From assembly GCA_050013255.1 (NCBI GenBank), contig JBEKFP010000001.1, forward strand, positions 448,001-512,000: a stretch of 64,000 bases of DNA, read 5' to 3'. The notes under the pieces are model-generated. The model was not told the DNA's origin. It did not search any database and saw only the letters and a program-made list of their open reading frames with translations. The translations under genes and the position numbers were made by a program. Source of the DNA: Candidatus Bathyarchaeia archaeon (GTDB lineage: Archaea; Thermoproteota; Bathyarchaeia; 40CM-2-53-6). How positions within the stretch are numbered: the first letter of the stretch is position 1; the number at the start of each line of letters is the position of its first letter. Positions 49,801 to 57,474 of the stretch are shown here, piece by piece.

Positions 49801-50580
49801 GGAGTCAAGTTGCTTCAGCGACCAGTCCCAGCGGGGACGAAGACGCTGCAATACACAAACCTAGCAGGACTCTTCAGTTACGTCGAACCAAGCTCAGGCC
49901 CAACCAATTTGGGGATATCCGCCGGAGTGCGCAGTGCCACACTTTTCTCTCCAGACCATGGAATCTGGGGCTACTCTGATCATCCCGGCGCGTACGGCGG
50001 CGGATGGACTGTTATGGTCGACTTTGTGAATTGGTCAACGTTGACCAGCAACTACCCGCCCGTGCCAGGCCTCTTACAGGGCGAGTCCCCATACTTCTAC
50101 CCCTACAATCACCTCGGGCCGTTCAGACAGGTGACCTACACCAAGATTTCGAATGCGCCACAGGGAGGCGAGGCCTCAGCCGAATTTGAACTCGACTTGA
50201 GAGGTTACGTTAGTGGGCTCATTCTTGGAATGGACTGGGACAACAATGTGCGGACAGTAAGCTGGGCAAGCATTGCGTTCACCAGCAGTGGCACGAGTCT
50301 TTACTGGTACACTTGGGACGGGTTTTTCGATGGCTACCTCGATCCTAGCAATTATCATGCATTGATCACCGAGTGGACGAGCGCGAACCAAGGGCATATG
50401 TCACGCTCACTAGATTTGTCCGTGTCCTTAGGTCAAGCGAATAGCGTAACGAATGTGGTACTTGACGAGAGCGGAATCCCAATCCCGGAAACACCCGGCT
50501 ACTCCGCTCTTCTACTGACTACACTCACTCTATCTTTGGGTGCATTATACTTCGGTCGTAGACGGAGAAGCAGGAAGTAG
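46816..50580 (+). CDS. Large secreted cell-surface protein with repeated beta-sandwich modules and PEF-like C-terminal sorting signal
   Basis: Signal peptide; repeats PG.Y.L.A/V...GY/F; C-terminus IPIPE-TM-RRRRSRK. Confidence 0.75.
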   Translation: MAPRWVQAVLVLALTASMLTPVYAHTTLGNLTGSNTYFRYNDHELNPTNTFGTAHVPGPLGYVWPGGGLNTYTGNPSNPPGYQSPFEDFEGPIQEGANAYAPEGAILTSTADHDSVGDLIFAVNFSQPHAFPHPGNFKYSTLALYIPAPVFDKTGKLIQDGFEPAAGINWDNGENTNIVTTITDSYADIFVTRADSNDPFEPGSWIIFITAPNNITFTSARGWSEWYYLRINQMKAPLIAGRYFFKMFLDNHFPLHRQGALPKLVNSTMPMENWPVLLVKGEVDPAIITGTVKFGDQSNPNFYGLPLNLPGRIRAVGTATDPTTGISTGRGVEARGYFNATSQGHFEIEGVAPGIYDLYASAAGFPEQQIATDVRVSRGQSLTFDAYLKAGPQIAGRAYSKALFGSFPWPGQLPITVVIYNSNTYDTDSIVTYSPANLTDAPFVSYVTGNTMFAGSRLAGTNKPRSVAFPWEGPISYYALTTAPAFKDPFGIFNGVGPAQPWWVDPVGNANPLTSLGSSSSDFAFQFGATGAYGAPAQFSGMVPQVFATWTDSLTPGKYYVRVYVNGYVQTTPDGTQPIDYAFDVPQNGFSTNVFLPIDLEKSPAINLMIHFHDLAETIIDAPIGGPDPNRFLIAEAYARDGTLAALNFTQVSSKSAQATLSLDGLGMAGPILPPDPRASIKYSLARYQGLFDYGLPTDTYTIRVYMRGYIQALPPATSFEDLDQPVTTTVSIGLGVAIVSTHMYRGGEINATVFSVDWERPAVTRNWVWNSAPVSTLIYDVSSKNFIDVIYFWNSKLNQWVLPTQNSKFQNLPWPGWQTIFGAGASLLVTNGSTLVDRFGPDLPSLKSLDPAQDKATTIFLEENFRTGFLYSSSSYRTNAFRSALAIYPGVYALNSWTYGYVQDNVASLGDLGNVLVSVSWLGSLADTQVQLIVGLNLTITMIFKTENIFSEVPFNSSVRIRVFDDGDTLIAAATVFSDAGTLAPTSNAGFFADGVKLLQRPVPAGTKTLQYTNLAGLFSYVEPSSGPTNLGISAGVRSATLFSPDHGIWGYSDHPGAYGGGWTVMVDFVNWSTLTSNYPPVPGLLQGESPYFYPYNHLGPFRQVTYTKISNAPQGGEASAEFELDLRGYVSGLILGMDWDNNVRTVSWASIAFTSSGTSLYWYTWDGFFDGYLDPSNYHALITEWTSANQGHMSRSLDLSVSLGQANSVTNVVLDESGIPIPETPGYSALLLTTLTLSLGALYFGRRRRSRK

Positions 50581-50638
50581 TTGAAGCCGCTTACATAGTG
50601 CGTTTGGACAGCATGATCGCGATCGGGCCACAGCCGCG

Positions 50639-50942
50639 TACCCACCAGCCCCAGCTCTCCTTCAGGGCGAATCGCCCTACTGGTATACATGGGACGGATG
50701 GTTTGGTTGCTACCTAGACTCAGGTACCTACCAGGTAACTGTTACTGAATGGATCCATAACGGAGGTCACCATCAAATCATGTTCACGCTCAGTGTGAAT
50801 CAAGGAGAACAAAACGATAGCGCTCAACTACATTCTGGAAGAAAGCCAAATCCCCATACCAGAACTCACATCGATTCCCCTAAGCACCTTGACAGTATGC
50901 GTCGCAGCAGTATTCCTGTTAAAGAGGAGAAAACGCAGGTAA
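50639..50942 (+). pseudogene. Degenerate paralogous copy of the C-terminus of the upstream 1254-aa surface protein
   Basis: YPPAPALLQGESP-YWYTWDGWFGCYLDSGTY.VTVTEW...LSVNQG, then after a frameshift LNYILEESQIPIPELTS-TM-KRRKRR*; matches the upstream YPPVPGLLQGESPY...YWYTWDGFFDGYLD...LDESGIPIPE. Confidence 0.85.
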
Positions 50943-51056
50943 CTCTACGTCCCGGGTTTCGATAGCTGTATCGCGATGGGCTAAGTTCGTTCTCGTCCTG
51001 AAACCTCTACGAACATCTGCTAAGATTTCCTGCATAATCCGTGCTTCGAATTCGCG

Positions 51057-52187
51057 CTAAATTGTACGTTTGGACAAAAGTATCGCGATGGGCATTAGTA
51101 TCAGACTGCTAACGAACAGGATGAGCAGGTCGCCTACGATAGCGTTGGGCCCAGCGCCCAAATAGATCAGGCGTCTAAGCGCATCATTACCATACGTCCA
51201 AGGCAGGCTGTCCGCAATCGCCTGGCCGCCAGGCGCAAGGAGGAGAGGGGAGTTTACTGTTCCGGCTAGGGAGAAGAGTGGGAAGGTCATCGCTATCTCC
51301 AGAACCGTAAGAGTGGCTGTACTTCGGATTCTCGTTGATATCGTTAAGCCTAGGGAGAATGTGAAGATGGCGATCAAAACGGTTGTCAGGAAGATGAGTA
51401 TAAGGTTTCCATGAATCACCAAACCGTAAAGACTGAAGATAACCAGCATCAATGCAGTGCGCAGAATCGTAAGAACTATCGTGGCGGACATTTTACCGGA
51501 ATAGACTGCGAAAAGGCTCACTGGGGACAGAGTCAATCGCGGGAAAGTGCCTCGTTCTCGTTCCCTGTTGATCGCGTTTACAATATCATCAAAACCGCCA
51601 AGGATGGCGATTAGGCCCAAGAAGCCTGGCAGGATCGGGTCGCCGCTTGGCGGACGCCCAGTCATGGTCCTTGTGATCACCTCGATTGGGGCGATCTTCA
51701 GTCCGAAATTAATGCCGCCCTCACCGGAGGTTACCTGGTTGACGAGATCCTGAGCGCCCTGGTTCACCGCGCCAACCACGAACTGCGAAGAGGTCAACTT
51801 GGAATTATCCGTAGAGACGATAACGAAGGCGTCTCCCGCCAAAAGTGCCTTTCCGAATCCTTGAGGTATAATTATGGCTCCAACGGCTTGCGCATTATTA
51901 ACCGCTTGATAGGCTTGATCTTCGGTTTGCACGAGTTGAGTTACGTGGATGAAGCGTGATCGCGTTAACTCGTTGAGCATCGCGTCCGAGGCCGGCGTTC
52001 CATCTAGATCAGCAACGACCACGGGCACATTATGGGTGGTGGCGCTGAACGCCGCAACGATCACTATGAAGATACCAATCAGGATAATTGGGAACATAAC
52101 CGTCAAAATGAGGGAGACAGGGTCGCGGCGGAGCTGCTTCAGTTCCTTCATCGTAATAGCAGCCGTGTCGCGAACGAAATAGCTCAA
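51057..52187 (-). CDS. ABC-2 exporter permease
   Basis: KEL.QL.RD, AIIIP.GF, RERERGT..RL..SP, LPWTY..DALR. Confidence 0.9.
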   Translation of the reverse strand: MSYFVRDTAAITMKELKQLRRDPVSLILTVMFPIILIGIFIVIVAAFSATTHNVPVVVADLDGTPASDAMLNELTRSRFIHVTQLVQTEDQAYQAVNNAQAVGAIIIPQGFGKALLAGDAFVIVSTDNSKLTSSQFVVGAVNQGAQDLVNQVTSGEGGINFGLKIAPIEVITRTMTGRPPSGDPILPGFLGLIAILGGFDDIVNAINRERERGTFPRLTLSPVSLFAVYSGKMSATIVLTILRTALMLVIFSLYGLVIHGNLILIFLTTVLIAIFTFSLGLTISTRIRSTATLTVLEIAMTFPLFSLAGTVNSPLLLAPGGQAIADSLPWTYGNDALRRLIYLGAGPNAIVGDLLILFVSSLILMPIAILLSKRTI

Positions 52188-53350
52188 GCAATCAACCTCT
52201 CCCGGAAGCTGTGAAGCAGCACGAAGGCGAGTGCGAACGAGACGATTATGAATCCAATCATATATTCAAGATCAAAGGTCAGAGAGAGCAATGGCCTACC
52301 GAGCAGTATTGTACGCCTCAACGCGTCGAATGCATAGGTAAAGGGTAGAGCGCTGCTTATGGTCTTCGAGATACCAACCAGCAAATTGTTGTCAATAACC
52401 AAGCCGCTGAACGCGAAGAGGAATAGGATCAGAAAGAACGTTATGATCACCACAGCTCTCTGCCCTAACTTCAAGGCAGCCGCCACGAAGCCAATCCCCA
52501 TCGTTACGATCGCAACGATCAGAGACAACGCGAGAATCGTGCCGAAGTCCGTACTCGGCTTGGCTCCGTACCCGTAGATGCCCATCCCAAGAACAATGAA
52601 AGTTCTCAAAACGCTCAAGAGAATGTCAAAGAGTGTTTTCCCCAACATGATTGAGCCGATTGGAATTGGCGAGGCGAGAAGACGGGCATACGTTCCCTCA
52701 TCCCGTTCCCGAGCCATTCCTCCTGCAATCTCATAGAATACTGAAAAGATTTGCACGATCGCTAGTATAGTGGTTAATCCAACATTGAAGCTGGCGAATA
52801 TGGCTCCCTTCCGAACAACCCCAACTCCCGCAACTGACTGCTTCTGCAGCTGACTCAGGGCGGGTTGGACCTCCACGTTGGGGTCGAAATTCTGCGCGTA
52901 TCCCGTCAGGGTGCTCTGAATTTGGTCGGATACGCCGGGTTCACTGTCATCCGTATAGAGTACCAGCCTCGCCTGATTCCCGTTTTCTAAAGCATCTTGG
53001 AACCCCTTGGGAACGACAATCACAGCATAGATGCGTTTAGTCCCGAGCTCAGCTATGGCGGCTTGCTCATTGTAGCTTTGTATCAGGTTATGGAAGTCAG
53101 GTGACCTGGTCAACGTTTGCCAGAGGCGGAGTGAGGCGATTGTATTGTCATTATCTACGAAACCGATTGGAATGTTCGCCGTAGGGGAGAACGACGTTCC
53201 CGCGCCACCTTGACCGGCACCGAAGGAGACCGTGAAGAACAGAGGTAAGACGACGAGTGAGATCAGTATGGCGCTTCTATTCCTGCGGAATTGACGAAAC
53301 TCGTTCTCAGCAATGGCAAGAGAATCACTGAGAAATGTTGCGACCGACAT
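52184..53350 (-). CDS. ABC-2 exporter permease (second paralog)
   Basis: EFRQF.R, VIVVPKGF, RERDEGT..RLL.SP, LPFTY..DALR; start ATG 53350 chosen. Confidence 0.9.
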   Translation of the reverse strand: MSVATFLSDSLAIAENEFRQFRRNRSAILISLVVLPLFFTVSFGAGQGGAGTSFSPTANIPIGFVDNDNTIASLRLWQTLTRSPDFHNLIQSYNEQAAIAELGTKRIYAVIVVPKGFQDALENGNQARLVLYTDDSEPGVSDQIQSTLTGYAQNFDPNVEVQPALSQLQKQSVAGVGVVRKGAIFASFNVGLTTILAIVQIFSVFYEIAGGMARERDEGTYARLLASPIPIGSIMLGKTLFDILLSVLRTFIVLGMGIYGYGAKPSTDFGTILALSLIVAIVTMGIGFVAAALKLGQRAVVIITFFLILFLFAFSGLVIDNNLLVGISKTISSALPFTYAFDALRRTILLGRPLLSLTFDLEYMIGFIIVSFALAFVLLHSFRERLIA

Positions 53351-53369
53351 TCGCAACCCCGACTGCACT

Positions 53370-54356
53370 CTATGCCTTTCGGCCTGCCCCCTCAAGGAAT
53401 CGGTCGATTTCTTCTTCGCCGCCGGTCAATGCGATGAAAGCGTCTTCAAGCGTCGGATCCTTCGTGTTAATCGTTCTAATCTTCGCCCCTACTTCAAGCA
53501 GAGTGGCTGCGACTTCTTCTGCGAGCGTCTCAGTGCGTTCACAGCTAACTTGAAGTTTCGAATTCACATACTTCACGTTACAAACGTGACTCATCACTTT
53601 GAGTTTGAGTTTCACCTTGTCGAGTTGAGCCTTAGTCAAGTCGGGAGTCTCAACTTCCACAACGGAGAGTTCGCTCACGCTATGCTTCAATTCGTTCGGC
53701 GTGCCAACCTGAACTAACCTACCCGCGAACATTATACCAACCCGGTCACAGATCTTCTCGGGTTCACCCATGTAGTGGGTCGTCCAAATCACGGTCACTC
53801 CCTGATCACACTGTTTCTTCGTGAAATCTTGAAGGGCGATGGCAGATTGAGGGTCGAGGCCAGAAGTAACTTCATCCAGGAATAGAACCTGTGGACTGTG
53901 AAGCAAAGCTGCGCATATCATCGCCTTCTTCGCCCACCCAGTCGACAGAGCCCCCACCAGTCGGCTCGCTTTTTCCCTGAAAGCAAACATATCCATCAGC
54001 TCCCGTATCCTAACCTCAGCTTTGTGACGGGGGATCTCGTAGAGCGTGCTGAGCAGCTTCAAGTTCTCCTCAATCGTCAAGTCCTTGTACAAGGAGACCC
54101 CTTCAGAAACCACCCCAATCCGTCGCCTGACCTCGGCTGCCTGCTTGTGAATATCATATCCCACAACACTGGCCGTACCTCGTGTCGGTTCGATCAGTGT
54201 GCAAAGCATCCTGACCGTGGTGGTTTTTCCGGCGCCGTTGGGCCCAAGCAGGCCAAATAGCTCTCCTTTACTGACGCCTACGTTTAGACCGTCGACCGCG
54301 GTAGAATGACCGAACGCTTTCGTCAGGTTCTTTGTAACAATGGCTTCCTCAGGCAT
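53370..54356 (-). CDS. ABC-2 exporter ATP-binding subunit
   Basis: GPNGAGKTT, variant signature LSTGWAKK, FLDEVTSGLD, TTHY. Confidence 0.92.
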   Translation of the reverse strand: MPEEAIVTKNLTKAFGHSTAVDGLNVGVSKGELFGLLGPNGAGKTTTVRMLCTLIEPTRGTASVVGYDIHKQAAEVRRRIGVVSEGVSLYKDLTIEENLKLLSTLYEIPRHKAEVRIRELMDMFAFREKASRLVGALSTGWAKKAMICAALLHSPQVLFLDEVTSGLDPQSAIALQDFTKKQCDQGVTVIWTTHYMGEPEKICDRVGIMFAGRLVQVGTPNELKHSVSELSVVEVETPDLTKAQLDKVKLKLKVMSHVCNVKYVNSKLQVSCERTETLAEEVAATLLEVGAKIRTINTKDPTLEDAFIALTGGEEEIDRFLEGAGRKA

Positions 54357-54467
54357 GACAAATCATTCCTAGGATAGCTTGAATTTATGAGGGTTCTATC
54401 CTCTGAGCCACTAAAGAGGTTTACGCGGAAAACTGTTGGCTAATGCAAGGAAAGAAATGAATGCGCG

Positions 54468-55013
54468 TTAGGTTGACGAGTGCCATTCCACTTCCGGCTT
54501 CCTCTCTCGATAGTTGACCGCACGGGCGAGTACAAATAGCAGGTCGGATACTCGGTTGATATAAGGTACCATTAGGTCGCTGACCTTCTCAGCCTTGCTC
54601 AATGTGACTATACTTCTTTCGGCACGTCTTGCAACAGTTCTTGAGAAGTGTAGGATTGAGCCAGTCGGACCACCGCCTGGAAGAATGAAGGCTTTCAATG
54701 GGGGAAGTTCTTCTTGTAATTTGTCGATTATTCCCTCGAGTTCAGCTATTCTTTCCTTCGTGATTCGCGGAACCCTTTCGTGGCTCTCTTTTGAGGCAAG
54801 GTCAGCACCTGCCACAAACAGATCTTGTTGAAGGCCGTCTAAGATCATATCAAGCGCCGTATCATTCAAGAAGGATCGAACCAAACCGAGCACGGAATTG
54901 AGCTCATCGACGTTACCATATGCTTCTACGCGGAGCGAGTCCTTCGGAACCCGCCCCCCTCCTACGAGGCCTGTCTCGCCTTTGTCTCCTGTTCGAGTGT
55001 ATATCCTCGCCAA
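54468..55013 (-). CDS. ATP:cob(I)alamin adenosyltransferase, PduO type
   Basis: IYTRTGDKGET, RVEAYG.VDELN, FILPGG, RTVARRAER, YINR.SD.LF. Confidence 0.93.
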   Translation of the reverse strand: MARIYTRTGDKGETGLVGGGRVPKDSLRVEAYGNVDELNSVLGLVRSFLNDTALDMILDGLQQDLFVAGADLASKESHERVPRITKERIAELEGIIDKLQEELPPLKAFILPGGGPTGSILHFSRTVARRAERSIVTLSKAEKVSDLMVPYINRVSDLLFVLARAVNYRERKPEVEWHSST

Positions 55014-55075
55014 TTCCGAATACTCGCAGTTAATGAAGCGAGACAGCAATTTAGAGGCGTTGGTAGGTACTGACT

Positions 55076-55963
55076 GTGGCGAAGGGATTGAGGATCGGGG
55101 TACTCCTAGACGAGCCGATGGTCATACCAGGATTTGACTACACATTCTACGAAGTGAAACCATCAAGCGGGAGAATCAACCAGCCGCTTCCGCAAGCGTG
55201 GAATGTCGTAAATTGTTTCGCCGACAACACGATTACCCAAACCAAACCTGAGCTTGTCGCAACTTCGAAAGGAGAACGAGCAATGAGGGGGACGCCTAGG
55301 CGTTTCCTATGGGATTGGATTTGCCCTAGCCGGACTGAATACCGCGACTATTGCTTGAAGGTCATTCAAGATGTTGCGCGGCACAACGATGTTGCAGGGA
55401 TTCGTTTGGATAGCGTCTGTTTTCCACGAGAAGGCTACTGTGATTGCTCGATTTGCAGGGACTTAAGCGCGAAAAGTGGAATGGATTTCTTTGAATGGCG
55501 CGCTAGTCAAATCGAATCCTTTGTTCGTATGGTGCGCGAGAGCATAACGTGCGGATTGGGCCTAACATTGGAACCCGACCCTTGCTACGGAAAAGAAAGA
55601 TTCGGTTTGGACTTAGATAGAATAGCAGAGTATGTTGATTTCATTTCGACACCACTCTACATGGATTACTCGATTGTCTATTGGCTGGACATAATTGCGA
55701 ATTGTTTCCGCCGGAAAATATCGAAACCGTATTTCATCGAACTCTACGCGGGACATCCGAGAACTCCCACGAAGCATCTTATGTCTGCCTTAGCTGTGGC
55801 CTCGGGATACGCCGACTGTATCGTCCTTTCAACCTATGAAGCTAAGATCGCAAGAAGCCTGCAACAGGAATTGGTTCGAGAAGAACAAGTGGCGGGCTTT
55901 TTCAAAGAGCGTGAATGTACGGAAATGATAGAACTTCTAAACCGGTGGCGGAAGATTGTATGA
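55076..55963 (+). CDS. Putative glycoside-hydrolase-like TIM-barrel protein with Cys cluster
   Basis: W.CPS..EYR.Y, GIRLD...FP....C.C..C, WR...I..FV, G.D...IAEYVDFI.P.Y resemble GHL10-like families. Confidence 0.5.
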   Translation: MAKGLRIGVLLDEPMVIPGFDYTFYEVKPSSGRINQPLPQAWNVVNCFADNTITQTKPELVATSKGERAMRGTPRRFLWDWICPSRTEYRDYCLKVIQDVARHNDVAGIRLDSVCFPREGYCDCSICRDLSAKSGMDFFEWRASQIESFVRMVRESITCGLGLTLEPDPCYGKERFGLDLDRIAEYVDFISTPLYMDYSIVYWLDIIANCFRRKISKPYFIELYAGHPRTPTKHLMSALAVASGYADCIVLSTYEAKIARSLQQELVREEQVAGFFKERECTEMIELLNRWRKIV

Positions 55964-55987
55964 AACTACAGGCGCCGAGCCTTTCGA

Positions 55988-56003
55988 CGTACATTTTTGT
56001 ACG
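55988..56003. promoter_or_regulatory. Palindromic operator CGTACA-TTTT-TGTACG (TRP-box-like)
   Basis: Perfect 6-4-6 inverted repeat 7 nt upstream of the trp TATA box; each half is one base from TGTACA. Confidence 0.55.
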
Positions 56004-56010
56004 CTGTAGC

Positions 56011-56018
56011 TTTAAATA
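56011..56018 (+). promoter_or_regulatory. TATA box of the trp operon
   Basis: TTTAAATA upstream of trpE. Confidence 0.65.
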
Positions 56019-56037
56019 AAGTACTGATGTCAATTGC

Positions 56038-57474
56038 GTGGCACCGCATTATTCGAGGAAGAAAAAATGGGGTATAGCCTTTGGGCGGCCTGCCCAGCAA
56101 CTAACGACGCAAACAGAACATAGGCTAAAGCTTCAGAAATTCCGGTACTCGACAAACCCCGTACAGACATTTCTTGCACTCAGTCATCAGAGCGAATACT
56201 GTTACCTCCTCGAATCTGCTGAAGGCCCAAGAAAACTTGCGCAATATTCGTTCATTGGCTTCTCTCCTGAAAAAATCGTTGAAGTGAAAGATGGCCGCTA
56301 CACCGAAACGATCCCCGGAAACGCATCCACCACCATTCAGACAAACGATCCTTATCTCGCGCTCCGGAAGACGCTAGCCGAAAACTTCACAACGTATCAT
56401 GGGTTCCGGTTCGTAGGCGGCTTGGTAGGTTACTTTTCCTACGATGCAATTCGCTACCTCGAATCGATACCGACGCAAGCTCTAGATGATTTGAAACTTC
56501 CAGATTTCGAGTTCGGAGTTTACGATGATGGGATCGTATTCGACCACCTGAACGGCCAGGCTTACTATTACTGGTACAAGAATAACAGGTACAAAGAGAT
56601 TGAACGACTTCTCGCACAAAGGATAACGCCAACAAGCCTGGCCGTTGACCAACCGAGAGTAAACCTGAGGCAAGAAGAATTCGAAACAAAGGTGGACGAC
56701 GCGAAGAAGTACATTAGAGCTGGAGACATATTCCAGGTCGTACTTTCAAAACGCCTTGAATTCGCTTTCAAAGGCGACCTCCTCAATTTCTACAAAGCAT
56801 TACGGGAGATCAATCCTTCCCCTTACATGTACTTCCTCAAAATGAGAGACCGGGCTTTGGTTGGCTCAAGCCCCGAGATGCTTGGAAGAGTTGACAAAGG
56901 CCGCGCGGAAACATTTCCGATAGCGGGAACGCGCCCCGTGGGAACAAACAGCGAAGAAGACCGTCGCTTGGCGGACGAGCTATTGAGTGACCCAAAGGAA
57001 CGAGCTGAGCATATTATGCTGATAGATCTTGCCAGGAACGACCTTGGAAAAGTTTGCCAGTTCGGGACGGTTGAAGTTCCAGAGTTTATGGTGGTCCAAA
57101 GGTACAGCCACGTTCAGCACATAGTTTCGCGGGTTTCAGGTCAACTGAAGCCGGGTTGCGACTCGCTTGACACATTCAAAGGAATTTTCCCTGCAGGAAC
57201 AGTGTCTGGAGCGCCGAAAAAAAGGGCGATGGAAATCATTGAAGAGCTGGAACCGAACCGGAGAGGGCCATATGCTGGTGCAGCAGGCTACTTCTCGTAC
57301 AACGGCAACGCTGATTTCGCAATAACCATCCGAACGTTAATCGCCAATGGAAATATGGCCTACATACAAGCCGGAGCAGGCATAGTCGCGGACTCTCAAC
57401 CCACACGAGAATGGTTTGAAACAGAACATAAGGCCGAAGGCCTCATGCACGCCCTGAAAGTCGGTGGGATATGA
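56038..57474 (+). CDS. trpE: Anthranilate synthase component I (true start unresolved)
   Basis: YLLES, GG.VGY.SYD, GDIFQVVLS, NPSPYM, PIAGTR, KERAEH.ML.DLARND, PAGTVSGAPK. Confidence 0.96.
   Translation: MAPHYSRKKKWGIAFGRPAQQLTTQTEHRLKLQKFRYSTNPVQTFLALSHQSEYCYLLESAEGPRKLAQYSFIGFSPEKIVEVKDGRYTETIPGNASTTIQTNDPYLALRKTLAENFTTYHGFRFVGGLVGYFSYDAIRYLESIPTQALDDLKLPDFEFGVYDDGIVFDHLNGQAYYYWYKNNRYKEIERLLAQRITPTSLAVDQPRVNLRQEEFETKVDDAKKYIRAGDIFQVVLSKRLEFAFKGDLLNFYKALREINPSPYMYFLKMRDRALVGSSPEMLGRVDKGRAETFPIAGTRPVGTNSEEDRRLADELLSDPKERAEHIMLIDLARNDLGKVCQFGTVEVPEFMVVQRYSHVQHIVSRVSGQLKPGCDSLDTFKGIFPAGTVSGAPKKRAMEIIEELEPNRRGPYAGAAGYFSYNGNADFAITIRTLIANGNMAYIQAGAGIVADSQPTREWFETEHKAEGLMHALKVGGI
56067..56123 (+). 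CDS. Putative trp leader ORF MGYSLWAACPATNDANRT*
   Basis: GAGGA SD 7 nt before ATG 56067; contains CTT-TGG; trpE frame is +1. Confidence 0.5.
   Translation: MGYSLWAACPATNDANRT

Noticed and set aside
56027-56077. Second short Trp-containing ORF MSIAWHRIIRGRKNGV*
   Set aside because: ATG lies only 8 nt after the TATA box, upstream of the expected transcription start, and has no SD
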